This document shows, one piece after another, positions 17,961-27,149 of a stretch of DNA of 64,000 nucleotides (positions within the stretch are counted from its first letter, which is position 1; each line of letters starts with the position of its first letter). The position numbers and the translations under genes were made by a program. The DNA comes from a bacterium (lineage in GTDB: Bacteria; Myxococcota_A; Bradymonadia; UBA7976; UBA1532): positions 16,185-80,184 of the forward strand of contig JAUHXC010000036.1 of the NCBI GenBank assembly GCA_030427205.1. Direction: 5' to 3'. Below the pieces are notes generated by a model. That model was not told where the DNA came from. It did no database searches and saw only the letters and a list, made by a program, of their open reading frames with translations.

Positions 17961-19382
17961 CTACGCGCTCGGCGCGGGCACCGGGTGGTGCACCTCCGCC
18001 GGGTTGGGCTTGGCGCCGGCGTCCAGCTCGGCCTCGGTGACGCCCAGGATCTTGAACAGGAAGCCATAGGCCACCAGCCCCGCGAGCACGTTGCCCAGCG
18101 CCAGCCCGCCGAAGATGCCTTCGAGGCCGTAGAGCGACTCGCCGATCAGCGCCAGGGGCAGGGCCAGCACGAAGAGCCGGATCACCACGATCGCCGCCGA
18201 GCGCAGCGGCAGGTTGAGCGCGTTGAACGTGGTATTGGCGACGATCGCCGCGCCCATGCCGGCGTAGCCCAGCGGCACCCAGAGCAGGTAGCGGGCGGTC
18301 ACCTCGACCACCGCCGCCTCGTCGGAGAACCAGCCGCCGATGGTGGCCCCGCCGAGCGCCAGCAGCGCCGCCATTCCGACGCCCCAGGCGAGCACGAAGC
18401 GCACCGACAGCTTCACCGCCTGCCGGATGCGGCCGCAGTGCCGCGCCCCGAAGTTCTGCCCGACGAAGGGCGCCATGCCGGTGGCGATGGCGTAGACGGC
18501 GACCATCGCCAGCGCCTCGACCCGTCCGCCGACCCCGTAGCCGGCCACCGCCTCGGGGCCGTGATCGGCGACGAACCGGGTCAAGATGCCGTTGGCCACC
18601 GGCACCAGCAGGAAGGTCGCCGCCGCCGGCAGCCCCACGTACAGGATGGCGCGCCACGACGCCCAGACCGCGGCCGGCCGGGGCAGCTCGACGGCCAGCA
18701 TGCGCTCGCGGCGGTGCAGCAGGTACAGCGCGGCGACGAAGGTCAGCCCCCACGAGATCACCGTCGCCAGGGCGCCGCCGAAGAGCTCCAGCCGCGGGAA
18801 GGGCCCCCAGCCGAAGATCAGCAGCGGGTCGAGCACCAGGTTGACCCCGCCGGCCACCATCATGATCACGCTGGGGGTCTTGGTATCGCCGGTGGCCCGG
18901 ATCGCCGAGTTGCCGATCATCGGCACCACCAGGAAGCCCAGGCCGAAGTAGATCGGGCGCATGTACTGCTCGATGAGCGGCATCATGCCCGCCTCGGCGC
19001 CCAGCGCGGTGAACAGCGGCTCGATGGTCAGCAGGCCGATCCCGGAGACGGCGGTCACCAGCGCCACGCCGAGGAAGAGCGCGTGGGTCGTCAGCCGCCG
19101 CACCCGCTCGGGGTGCGCTTCGCCGATGGCCCGCGAGATGACCGCCGAGGCGCCGACGCCGATGCCCATGGTCATGCTGGTCACCACGAAGGTCACCGGG
19201 AAGGTGAACGCCATCGCGGCCAGCGGCTCGGCGCCGAGCTGGCCGATGAACCAGGTGTCGACGATGTTGAAGAGGTTGATGACGAGGATGCCGGCCACCA
19301 TCGGCAGGGCGAGGCGCCACAGCGAAGGGCCCACCGGGTCGTTTACCAGGTCGGGGCCGGATCTCGCCCGGGTTTCGCTCAC
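17961..19382 (-). CDS. MATE family efflux transporter
   Basis: 12-TM profile. N-terminus PSLWRLALPMVAGILVINLFNIVDTWFIGQLG is typical of MATE. GTG 19382 with GGAGGTGG RBS. Upstream portion of track ORF rejected. Confidence 0.85.
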   Translation of the reverse strand: MSETRARSGPDLVNDPVGPSLWRLALPMVAGILVINLFNIVDTWFIGQLGAEPLAAMAFTFPVTFVVTSMTMGIGVGASAVISRAIGEAHPERVRRLTTHALFLGVALVTAVSGIGLLTIEPLFTALGAEAGMMPLIEQYMRPIYFGLGFLVVPMIGNSAIRATGDTKTPSVIMMVAGGVNLVLDPLLIFGWGPFPRLELFGGALATVISWGLTFVAALYLLHRRERMLAVELPRPAAVWASWRAILYVGLPAAATFLLVPVANGILTRFVADHGPEAVAGYGVGGRVEALAMVAVYAIATGMAPFVGQNFGARHCGRIRQAVKLSVRFVLAWGVGMAALLALGGATIGGWFSDEAAVVEVTARYLLWVPLGYAGMGAAIVANTTFNALNLPLRSAAIVVIRLFVLALPLALIGESLYGLEGIFGGLALGNVLAGLVAYGFLFKILGVTEAELDAGAKPNPAEVHHPVPAPSA

Positions 19383-19513
19383 GCCACCTCCATCGCGGTG
19401 ATTCGGACATCCAGAGAGATGCGCGTGGCCCGGATCCGATTCCCGACTTGATCGCCGCGCGTTCACCGGTATCATGCGCCGCCTTCTGCCAGGGATCAGC
19501 CAGGGAGCCGACG

Positions 19514-20368
19514 GTGAAGCACGACGACGCGGGACAGAGCCCGGATCACTCCATCGAGATCAACCGCTGGATCGAGCAGGCCCGCGCCGCCTTCGGCCGG
19601 GACGAGGGCGACGACGGGCAGGGCTGGGGGGCCTACGACGAAGCGATCGGCGCGCTGCACGTACTCGGCGATCGGGCGACGTTCGACGCGGCCCGCGCGC
19701 TGCTCGGGGCGGAGAGCGCCCGCGATCGCACCATCGGCGCCCAGGTGCTGGGGCAGCTCGGGGTGCCCGAGCGCACGTTCCCCGGGCTGTGCTTCGAGGC
19801 CCTCGCCGGCCAGGTGAAGCGCGAGACCGACCCGGCGGTGCTCTCGGCGCTCGGCGACAGCCTCGCCCACCTCGACCTGCCGGGCGTCGTCGACGCGGCC
19901 CTGCCGCTCGTCGAGCACGCCGACCCGCGGGCCCGCTTCGGCGCGGTGCTCGCGCTCAGCCGCCAGGACGACCCGCGGGCGATCGCCGGGCTGGTGAAGC
20001 TCAGCGCCGACGCCGACCCCGAGGTCCGCAACTGGGCCACCTTCGGCCTGGGGGTGCAGACCGAGGCCGATACCCCCGCGCTGCGGGCGGCGCTCAAGGC
20101 GCGGCTCGACGATCCGGAGCTGGACGGCGAGATCCGCGGCGAGGCCCTCGTCGGGCTGGCCGAGCGCGGTGAGCCCGGCCTGACCGGCTATGTGGCCGAG
20201 GCGCTGGCGGAGCTCGATCCGCTTGCGGTGCGGGCGGCGTCGATCATCGGCGATCCGGCGCTGCACGGCCCGCTGCTCGCGCTGCGCGACCACCCCCAGA
20301 TGACCGCCTACTTCCGCGAGACCCTCGACGAGGCCATCGCCCGCTGCGATCCGGCCGCCGAGGTCTGA
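19514..20368 (+). CDS. HEAT/PBS-lyase-like repeat protein
   Basis: Repeated DPxVRxxAxxALG motifs (DPRARFGAVLAL, DPEVRNWATFGLG). GTG 19514 after GGGAG. Confidence 0.7.
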   Translation: MKHDDAGQSPDHSIEINRWIEQARAAFGRDEGDDGQGWGAYDEAIGALHVLGDRATFDAARALLGAESARDRTIGAQVLGQLGVPERTFPGLCFEALAGQVKRETDPAVLSALGDSLAHLDLPGVVDAALPLVEHADPRARFGAVLALSRQDDPRAIAGLVKLSADADPEVRNWATFGLGVQTEADTPALRAALKARLDDPELDGEIRGEALVGLAERGEPGLTGYVAEALAELDPLAVRAASIIGDPALHGPLLALRDHPQMTAYFRETLDEAIARCDPAAEV

Positions 20369-20381
20369 TCGCTCGCCGCCG

Positions 20382-21701
20382 CTATCCGCGCGGCGTCAGC
20401 TTCAGCCGCACGCCGCCCCGCGGGCGGTTGATCGGCACCACCGTCCAGCGCGGCGGCGCGTCGGTCAGCGGCGTCCACTCGAAGCGACGCAAGAGCTCGC
20501 CGACGTGCACCCGGGCGATCATCGCCGCGTGGCGCGCGCCGAGGCAGGTGTGCGGGCCGCTGCCGTACGGGATCCACGAGAACCGCGGCCGCGGCGGCGC
20601 GTCGGGGCCGAAGCGCGCCGGGTCGAAGCGGTCGGGATCGGGCCAGACGTCCGGGTCGCGATGGGTGGCGACGATGTTGACGAAGACCGGGGTGCCCGCG
20701 GGCATGTCGTAGCCGCCGAGGGTCGTCGCTTTCAGCGCGACGCGGGGGATGGAGCCCACCGGCGACTGCAGCCGCAGGGCCTCCTTGAACGCCTGATCGA
20801 CCAGCGGGATGCCCGCCAGGGCCGGGTCTTCGCCGCGGGCCCCGTCGGCGTCGGCCACCGCGTCGCGCAGCCGCGCCTGCCACCCGGGCTGACGGGCGAG
20901 GTGGTCGCACAGCGCGCTGAAGGCGGTGGTGAGCGTATCGTGGGCCGCCAGCCACATGAACGCGATGTGGTTGACGACCTCGTCGTCGGTGAAGCGGTCG
21001 CCGTCTTCGTCACGGGCGCCCACCAGCAGCCCCAGCAGGTCGTCTCCCGGGTCGTCGGCGGCCCGGCGGGCGGCGATCATCGGCCGCAGCACCGCGCGCA
21101 CCTGCCGCCGGCCCACCTGCCCCCGGCGCATGCGGGTGAACGGCAGCGGCCGGCGGATCACGCCCGCCGTCGAGGCGACCATGTGCACCAGGGCCCGTGA
21201 GATGCGCGCGCGGTCGGGGTGATCGTCGAGGCCGAGGAAGATCTGGTCGGCCAGGGTCAAGGTGAGCGCGCGGTGGGCCCGGTAGACGTCCATCTCGCCG
21301 CCCCAGTCGGCGATGCCGGCGGCCAGGGCGCGCTTCACCCGCGGCAGATAGCGCCGCAGCGCGGGCAGCCCGAACGCGGCCTGCATGATCCGTCGGTGGC
21401 GGCGGTGCACCGCGCCGTCGAGCACCATCAGCGTCTCGGGGAAGATCTCGGCGAAGAACGGCCCCAGCCCCTGCTCTGCCGACCAGACATCGCCCCGGTC
21501 GCCGAGGACGGCGGCGGCCGCTTCGTGACCCACCGCCACCACCTGATCGCCGAACATGCCCCGGCAGCGATAGACCGGCCCGTAGGTCTCGACCATGCGC
21601 CGGGTGAAGCCGAAGTTGTCTTTGATCAGCGCGGGCAGGTGGCCGATCAGCGGCCAGCCGCGCTCGCCGGGGATGTGGTGCAGCTCGGGGCGACTCTGCA
21701 T
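20382..21701 (-). CDS. cytochrome P450
   Basis: Haem-binding loop FSWIPYGSGPHTCLGARHA (FxxGxxxCxG). 439 aa. Confidence 0.85.
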   Translation of the reverse strand: MQSRPELHHIPGERGWPLIGHLPALIKDNFGFTRRMVETYGPVYRCRGMFGDQVVAVGHEAAAAVLGDRGDVWSAEQGLGPFFAEIFPETLMVLDGAVHRRHRRIMQAAFGLPALRRYLPRVKRALAAGIADWGGEMDVYRAHRALTLTLADQIFLGLDDHPDRARISRALVHMVASTAGVIRRPLPFTRMRRGQVGRRQVRAVLRPMIAARRAADDPGDDLLGLLVGARDEDGDRFTDDEVVNHIAFMWLAAHDTLTTAFSALCDHLARQPGWQARLRDAVADADGARGEDPALAGIPLVDQAFKEALRLQSPVGSIPRVALKATTLGGYDMPAGTPVFVNIVATHRDPDVWPDPDRFDPARFGPDAPPRPRFSWIPYGSGPHTCLGARHAAMIARVHVGELLRRFEWTPLTDAPPRWTVVPINRPRGGVRLKLTPRG

Positions 21702-21778
21702 GGGTGGGCTCGCTCGCGCGCCCGCCGCGGACCCGCCTCGGCGATGGTCTCAGCCGGGATACGTCAGGGCAAGCCGGG

Positions 21779-23314
21779 CTATCGCACCACCCGGCAGACC
21801 CCGCCGCGGCGCGCGTCGCCGGCGCCGTCGAGGGCGCCGTCGGCCGCCATGCGCGCGGTGTGCACCCCGCCGAAGAACAGGTGCGGCGCGGCGAACTCGA
21901 CGACCTCCCGGGCCAGCCCCGCCAGCGGCGGGTGCCCCTCGAAGACCTCCAGGCTCAGCGTACCGCCTTCGAAGTGCATGCGCGGCGCGTCGATCGCCGC
22001 GCGCACGTCGTCGTCGAAGCCGGCCAGCCGCACGACGGCCTGCAAGAGCGCCGTGCGGATGCGGTTGGCGCCGCCCGTGCCCAGGGCCACCAGCCCGCCG
22101 CCCGGCCCCTGCATCAGCGTCGGCGACATCATCGTCGCCAGCCGCTCGCCGACCGGCGCCTTGCCGAAGCCCTCGGGGTGCAGGTCCTCCTCGCCGAGCA
22201 GGTTGTTCATCACGATGCCGCTCTCGCCGATGAGCCGCCCGTTGCTCTCGCCGTGGCTGAACGTGATCGCGCAGGCGTTGCCCGCCCCGTCGATGGCGCT
22301 GACGTGGGTCGTCGACGGTGGCCCGCCGCCCATGCGCGGCGCGCCCAATGGCGCCTTGCCGGCCACCAGCCCGTTGAATCGCCGGCGCAGCGCCTCACGG
22401 GCGTCGGGCCCCAGCGCCGCGTCCCGCCGCGCCCCGTCGGCGACGGCCATCGCCGCCGCCAGCCGGCGCAGCCCGTGCGCGCTGCGCACATCCGGCGGCG
22501 GGCCGTCGCTGAGGAGATCGAGCATCAGCCCGATCATGCCGCCGCCCACCGCCGGCGGCGGCATCAGGTGCAGCGTATGCCCGCGCCACTTCACCGTCAG
22601 CGGATCGCGCAGCTCGACCCGGTAGCCGGCGCAGGCCTCGGCGGTGAACAGGCCGCCCGCCGCCGGCCCGAAGTCGCGGGCCATCGCCGGGCACAGCTCG
22701 GCGTCGTACCACGCCCGCCCGCCGCCGGCGGCCAGCGCCTCCAGCGTCTCGGCCAGGGCCGGGTTGACGAAGCGATGCCCCGCGGCCAGGTAGCGCCCGC
22801 CCGGCGCGAAGATCGCCCGGGTGGCCGCCTCGCGCACCAGGATCGGCTCGAGCAGCCGCGCCAGCCGGGCCTGGGCCGGCCCGATGATCGCGCCTTCGCG
22901 CAGCATGCGACACGCCGGCGCCACCAGATCGGACAGCGGCAGCGAGCCCCAGCGCTCGGCCGCGTCGAGCAGCCCGGGCAGGATGCCGGGCACCGCCGCC
23001 GAGCCGGCGCCGATGTGGAAGACCTGCTTGACCGGGCCGTAGTCCAACTCGATGGCGTCGAAGTCGTAGCCCTCGACCTCTTCGGCGCGCAGCGGCGGCG
23101 CGTCGGCGAAGCAGTCGACCACCGTCACCGCGCCGGTGGCCCCGTCGCGGTGCATCATCACCCCGCCGGCGGCGAGGCTGGTCAGCGTCGGCTCGCCGGC
23201 GTTGACCGCGAAGCAGGCCGCCACCGCGGCGTCGACCGCGTTGCCGCCGGCGGCGAGCACCGCCGCGCCGGCCTCGGCGGTCGGGATCGAACCGGCGGCG
23301 ATCACGCCCGGCAT
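21779..23314 (-). CDS. ggt: gamma-glutamyltransferase
   Basis: Catalytic Thr region TTHVSAIDGAGNACAITFSHGESNG. GAGGAG RBS before ATG 23314. The upstream 26 codons of the track ORF are not used. Confidence 0.85.
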   Translation of the reverse strand: MPGVIAAGSIPTAEAGAAVLAAGGNAVDAAVAACFAVNAGEPTLTSLAAGGVMMHRDGATGAVTVVDCFADAPPLRAEEVEGYDFDAIELDYGPVKQVFHIGAGSAAVPGILPGLLDAAERWGSLPLSDLVAPACRMLREGAIIGPAQARLARLLEPILVREAATRAIFAPGGRYLAAGHRFVNPALAETLEALAAGGGRAWYDAELCPAMARDFGPAAGGLFTAEACAGYRVELRDPLTVKWRGHTLHLMPPPAVGGGMIGLMLDLLSDGPPPDVRSAHGLRRLAAAMAVADGARRDAALGPDAREALRRRFNGLVAGKAPLGAPRMGGGPPSTTHVSAIDGAGNACAITFSHGESNGRLIGESGIVMNNLLGEEDLHPEGFGKAPVGERLATMMSPTLMQGPGGGLVALGTGGANRIRTALLQAVVRLAGFDDDVRAAIDAPRMHFEGGTLSLEVFEGHPPLAGLAREVVEFAAPHLFFGGVHTARMAADGALDGAGDARRGGVCRVVR

Positions 23315-23482
23315 CGGCAACTCCTCGTGCTCGGTTGGCAGGTCGGTCGGACGATCGGGGCAAAGACGCCCCGGCAGCCGCGCCGGTCGCACATGGCGGG
23401 CGGCGGTCGAAAGTTGTCAGGAGACTGACACATGCTGCCGCCCATCGACGGTAGTGCGGGCGCTCTGCCGATCAACGAGCGA

Positions 23483-24082
23483 TCAGCACCGCCGCTGGTG
23501 ACAGGCCTCGCCGTCGGCCAGGCTCAGTCGGTCGGCGATGTGCCCGACGACCCGGTCGACCTGCTCGGCGAGCCCATAGGCCGCCGGCCCGTCGATCTCC
23601 TGCCAGGCGAAGCGGTCGTCGTCGCCGCAGCCCGACCACAGGCTGTATCCCCAGCGGCTCTGGGCGCCGGGCGGGCTGCGCCAGAAGTCGACGTAGAGGT
23701 GTCGGCGGTCGCAGAAGACGTGGTTGCCCGGGTCGAGCAGGCCCGGCTCGTGCACCACGTCGGTCATCACCGCGGGGTGGGTCCGGCGCAGGGCGAGCGC
23801 GAAGCCCTCGGCCATCAGCTCGTCGGTCTGCAGCTCGGGGTCGGGCAGCGGGCGGCTGACGTCTTTGAAGGTGACCACGTCGAAGTAGCGGTGCCCGTCG
23901 AGCCGGATGGCGAAAGGCGAGTAGCGATGGGTGGGCGCGTCGGCGGCGGCCGCGGCGCCGGCCTCGTGGGCCGAGGCGCCGGGCGCGTCCGCCGTCGCGA
24001 CCGTCGTCGACGCCCGCTCCCCGTCGGAGCGGCTGCAGCCGGCGAGGGCCAGGGCGGCGACGAACAATGGGATGAATCGCAT
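23483..24082 (-). CDS. lipoprotein, hypothetical
   Basis: MRFIPLFVAALALAGCS lipobox at aa 13 of the track ORF. GC3 bias. Confidence 0.6.
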   Translation of the reverse strand: MRFIPLFVAALALAGCSRSDGERASTTVATADAPGASAHEAGAAAAADAPTHRYSPFAIRLDGHRYFDVVTFKDVSRPLPDPELQTDELMAEGFALALRRTHPAVMTDVVHEPGLLDPGNHVFCDRRHLYVDFWRSPPGAQSRWGYSLWSGCGDDDRFAWQEIDGPAAYGLAEQVDRVVGHIADRLSLADGEACHQRRC

Positions 24083-24291
24083 GGGCCGATGGTCTCCACA
24101 GACGGCCGTTCGAGTCAACGTCGCGCTGCGCGTCGCTGTTCCGAAAACGCCCTACGTACCCGGCGCCGCCGCGCTCCAAAAAAAGTGCATCCGGCCGATC
24201 TCTCCTGCCACAAGGGCGTCAGGAGGGGTGCGCTAAAATCATCCTCGTCAACTGGAAGAACGCCGCACGTCGGCCACACGAGGAGGTCCCC

Positions 24292-25104
24292 ATGGAGCGC
24301 TCGACCCGCCTGTCCCGCCTGCTGCAGATCCTGCACGCCCGGCCCATGACCCCGGTCGAAGAGCTCGCCGCCCGCCTGGGGGTGAGTGACCGCACCATCT
24401 ACCGCGACCTGGAGAGCCTGCGCAACGACGGGGTGCAGGTCGCCCGCAAGGCGCGCTTCGGCTACGCGGTGGGCGAAGACGATCCCAACGCGCTCGATCT
24501 GGGCCGCGACGAGCTCGACGCGCTCGCGCTCGGGGTGCAGATGGTCAACGCCTGGGGCGACCCGGCGCTGGCCGCCGCCGCGGTGCGCATGGTCGACAAG
24601 ATCGCCGGCGCGCTGTCCCGCGACGCCCAGAGCGCGCTCGACCGCACCCCGCTCGGCGCCTCGCGGGCGCGGCACAAGTTCAAGCGCGTCGCCGGCCTCG
24701 GCAAGCTGCGCCAGGCACTCACCGAGAAGCGCAAGCTCTACTTCCGCTACAGCGACCACGAGGGCCACAAGAGCGAGCGTGTCGTGCAGCCGCGCAGCCT
24801 GGTCTTCCGCGGCGATCACTGGTCGCTGCTGGCGTGGTGCGAGATGCGCGAGGAGTACCGCAGCTTCCGCCCCGAGCGCATGGCCGACGTCTGCGTGATG
24901 GCCGAGCGCTTCCAGCCCTTCGACGCGCCGCGCCGCCCCGGCGCCCGCAGCCCGAGCCAGGACCGCCGCGCCGCCGAAGCGGCCGGGCTCTACGACGCCG
25001 CCGCGGCCCACGACGCCGCGCTCGAGGCGGCGGCGCTCGACGCCGAGCTCGGCGCCGCGCTCGACGAAGCCGACGCCCTCGACCCGGTCAAGCGCTCCGC
25101 CTGA
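24292..25104 (+). CDS. HTH + WYL-domain transcriptional regulator (YafY/BrxR/CapW-like)
   Basis: N-terminal HTH (LSRLLQILHARPMTPVEELAARLGVSDRTIYRDLESL). WYL region YFRYSDHEGHKSERVVQPRSLVFRGDHWSLLAWCEMREEYRSFRPERM. Confidence 0.8.
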   Translation: MERSTRLSRLLQILHARPMTPVEELAARLGVSDRTIYRDLESLRNDGVQVARKARFGYAVGEDDPNALDLGRDELDALALGVQMVNAWGDPALAAAAVRMVDKIAGALSRDAQSALDRTPLGASRARHKFKRVAGLGKLRQALTEKRKLYFRYSDHEGHKSERVVQPRSLVFRGDHWSLLAWCEMREEYRSFRPERMADVCVMAERFQPFDAPRRPGARSPSQDRRAAEAAGLYDAAAAHDAALEAAALDAELGAALDEADALDPVKRSA

Positions 25105-25212
25105 GCCTGCATCCGCGGGGCGTTTGGCATGCTGTTCCTTCGTGATTTTTGAGTCTGTTTGGTATATTCGGGTATCAAACTGCATGAGCGGTACATTTTA
25201 TGCGGGGCGCAC

Positions 25213-26529
25213 ATGTTGCTTGAGTTCCGAGTCGCCAACTTTCGCTCATTCGCGGAGGAGCAGGTGTTCTCGTTCGTGGCTGACAAGGACGACACACATC
25301 TGCGGAACACCATGCGATGTGAGCAGTCGCCAACTGGACGGGTGATCCGCTTGGCGGTGTTGTATGGACCGAACGGAGGCGGCAAGAGTGCGCTGGCTCG
25401 TGCGTTGGCAGTCACCCGCGCGATCGTCGTGAATTCTGCTCGCTGGCAAGACGGGGATCCTCTGGGCTTGGAGCCCTTCAAGCTTGACCCCGCACTGCAG
25501 TTGGCGCCGAGCCGATTCGAGTTGACCTTCGTTACCGATTGGACGGATCCCGAAGACCCGACGACGACGCGTCCGATCCGATATCAATACGGCTTCGCTG
25601 CTGATGCACGAAGAGTCCACGAGGAGTGGCTGCTGGCTTACCCCCACGGGCAACCGCAGACCTGGTTCGAACGAAGCACGGATGGGGTTGAGTTCGGCCG
25701 GCACTTGAAGGGTGAGAAGAAGCGAATTGCTGATGCGACGCGAAGCAATGCGCTCTTCTTGTCGGTGGCAGCACAGCAGAACCAATCCCAGCTGCTCCCG
25801 GTGTTTCGATGGATAAGAACTCGCGCTCGGGCGATCGGCGTCGTTGGTGAGCATTTCCTGGGTGAGTCGGTGACACGCCGAATGCCACTGGCGTCGGGTC
25901 GCACGAGCGAGGTGCTACAGCAGGGCACTGATGAGACCCGAGCGTACATCCTCGACTATCTCCGCGAGGCAGATGTTGGCATTCACGACGTCCGCCTCGA
26001 ACGGAGTCGCTTCGATGCGGCTGCATTGCCACCCGACTTCCCGGCTGAACTGAGAAGCCTCGTACTCGAGCAGGAGCGTGATGTCGTCGAAGTTCGTACT
26101 CTGCACCAAGCGCGAGATGGTCGAACCATCGAGTGGAGCCTAGCTGACGAGTCCGAAGGTACCCAGAACCTATACTGCTTGTTGGGGCCGTGGTTGGATA
26201 CCCTCCACTTGGAGCAGTCAGTCTTCTTCGACGAGTTGTTCAGTGATCTCCACGCTGTGCTCGCACGGCGGTTGTTGGAGCGCTACTTCGAGGAAGCCGC
26301 ACACAAGGGAAGTACGGGCCAGATCCTGCTCACCACCCATGACACGAATCTGCTCGATTCGCGGTTGCTCCGCCGCGACCAGATCTGGTTCGTGGAGAAG
26401 AACCGCGACGGCGCGTCGCGTTTGTACTCGTTGCTCGAATATCGCCCCCGAAAAGGCGAGAACTTCGAGAAGGGCTATCTGTCGGGCCGATACGGCGCAT
26501 TGCCCTTCATCGGCGAGGTCAACTTCTGA
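25213..26529 (+). CDS. AAA_21/ABC-type ATPase, AbiLi/OLD-family-like (abortive-infection ATPase component)
   Basis: N-terminus MLLEFRVANFRSF. Walker A LYGPNGGGKSALARAL, Walker B SVFFDELFSDLH, H-loop ILLTTHDTNLLD. The first ATG of the track ORF (which starts at TTG 25159). Confidence 0.85.
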   Translation: MLLEFRVANFRSFAEEQVFSFVADKDDTHLRNTMRCEQSPTGRVIRLAVLYGPNGGGKSALARALAVTRAIVVNSARWQDGDPLGLEPFKLDPALQLAPSRFELTFVTDWTDPEDPTTTRPIRYQYGFAADARRVHEEWLLAYPHGQPQTWFERSTDGVEFGRHLKGEKKRIADATRSNALFLSVAAQQNQSQLLPVFRWIRTRARAIGVVGEHFLGESVTRRMPLASGRTSEVLQQGTDETRAYILDYLREADVGIHDVRLERSRFDAAALPPDFPAELRSLVLEQERDVVEVRTLHQARDGRTIEWSLADESEGTQNLYCLLGPWLDTLHLEQSVFFDELFSDLHAVLARRLLERYFEEAAHKGSTGQILLTTHDTNLLDSRLLRRDQIWFVEKNRDGASRLYSLLEYRPRKGENFEKGYLSGRYGALPFIGEVNF

Positions 26530-27143
26530 TGCCGAGGGCGCGCAGCAAGCGAAGTCTCGGGCGGCGCAAAGACAGTCGAAGTGGTCGGCGCATACTCATC
26601 GTCTGCGAGGGCCAGGAGACCGAGCCTCGCTACTTCCGGGCCCTTCGGAGCGAGCTGAAGCTGGGCGCAGTTGATGTTCAGGTCGAGGGTGAGGATTGCG
26701 GTAGTGCGCCGATCTCGGTCGTCGACTTCGCGCTACGGCTCAAGAAGCGACCCCCGCGCGGGGTGAGCTACGATGCGGTCTGGTGTGTCATCGACCGTGA
26801 CGGGCACCAGAGCTTCGACAAGGCCATCGACAAGGCCCAAGCTCATGGCATCCGAATGGCGGTGTCGGTGCGTCAGTTCGAACTGTGGCTCCTGCTGCAC
26901 TTTGCCTACACCACCCGCGTTTGGACCGACGGCGATAGCTTGCTGAAAGCACTGGCTGCCCACTTGCCAGAGTACGGCAAGGGCACGGATGTGGCTGCGG
27001 CCCTGCGCCCGCTACGGCCCGCCGCATTAACCAATGCCGAGCGGCTGCGCGTGCACAACGCCGCGGTCAGCGACCAGCCCTATCCCAACCCGATGACCGA
27101 CGTCGACTTGTTGGTGCTCTTCCTCATCGGCCTCAAGCCCTGA
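26529..27143 (+). CDS. RloB-like protein (AbiLii-like; predicted nuclease partner)
   Basis: Hallmark RILIVCEGQETEPRYF near the N-terminus. ATG overlaps the ATPase stop (TGATG). Confidence 0.8.
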   Translation: MPRARSKRSLGRRKDSRSGRRILIVCEGQETEPRYFRALRSELKLGAVDVQVEGEDCGSAPISVVDFALRLKKRPPRGVSYDAVWCVIDRDGHQSFDKAIDKAQAHGIRMAVSVRQFELWLLLHFAYTTRVWTDGDSLLKALAAHLPEYGKGTDVAAALRPLRPAALTNAERLRVHNAAVSDQPYPNPMTDVDLLVLFLIGLKP

Positions 27144-27149
27144 AACCGC

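Larger units (their letters stand above)
25105..27149 (+). mobile_element. 2 kb low-GC (about 52-55%) horizontally acquired islet carrying a two-gene defence module; no integrase, tRNA or flanking repeats detected
   Basis: Abrupt compositional shift relative to about 70% GC on both sides. A, T-ending and rare codons (AAA, TTA, ATA) appear only here. AT-rich leader 25105-25212. Confidence 0.6.

Noticed and set aside
17356-19451. 684-aa minus and 488-aa plus ORFs overlapping the MATE gene
   Set aside because: The MATE frame gives a canonical 12-TM transporter with strong RBS at GTG 19382. The others are R/G/D-rich shadow frames.
25661-25673. tRNA-like T-loop string ggttcgaacg
   Set aside because: Lies inside the ATPase CDS and I could not build acceptor or anticodon arms around it. 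No tRNA called anywhere in the window.
25105-27149. Integrase/transposase or att repeats flanking the low-GC islet
   Set aside because: Looked for recombinase ORFs, tRNA targets and direct repeats at both junctions and found none. The islet is therefore annotated as compositionally anomalous rather than as a defined mobile element.
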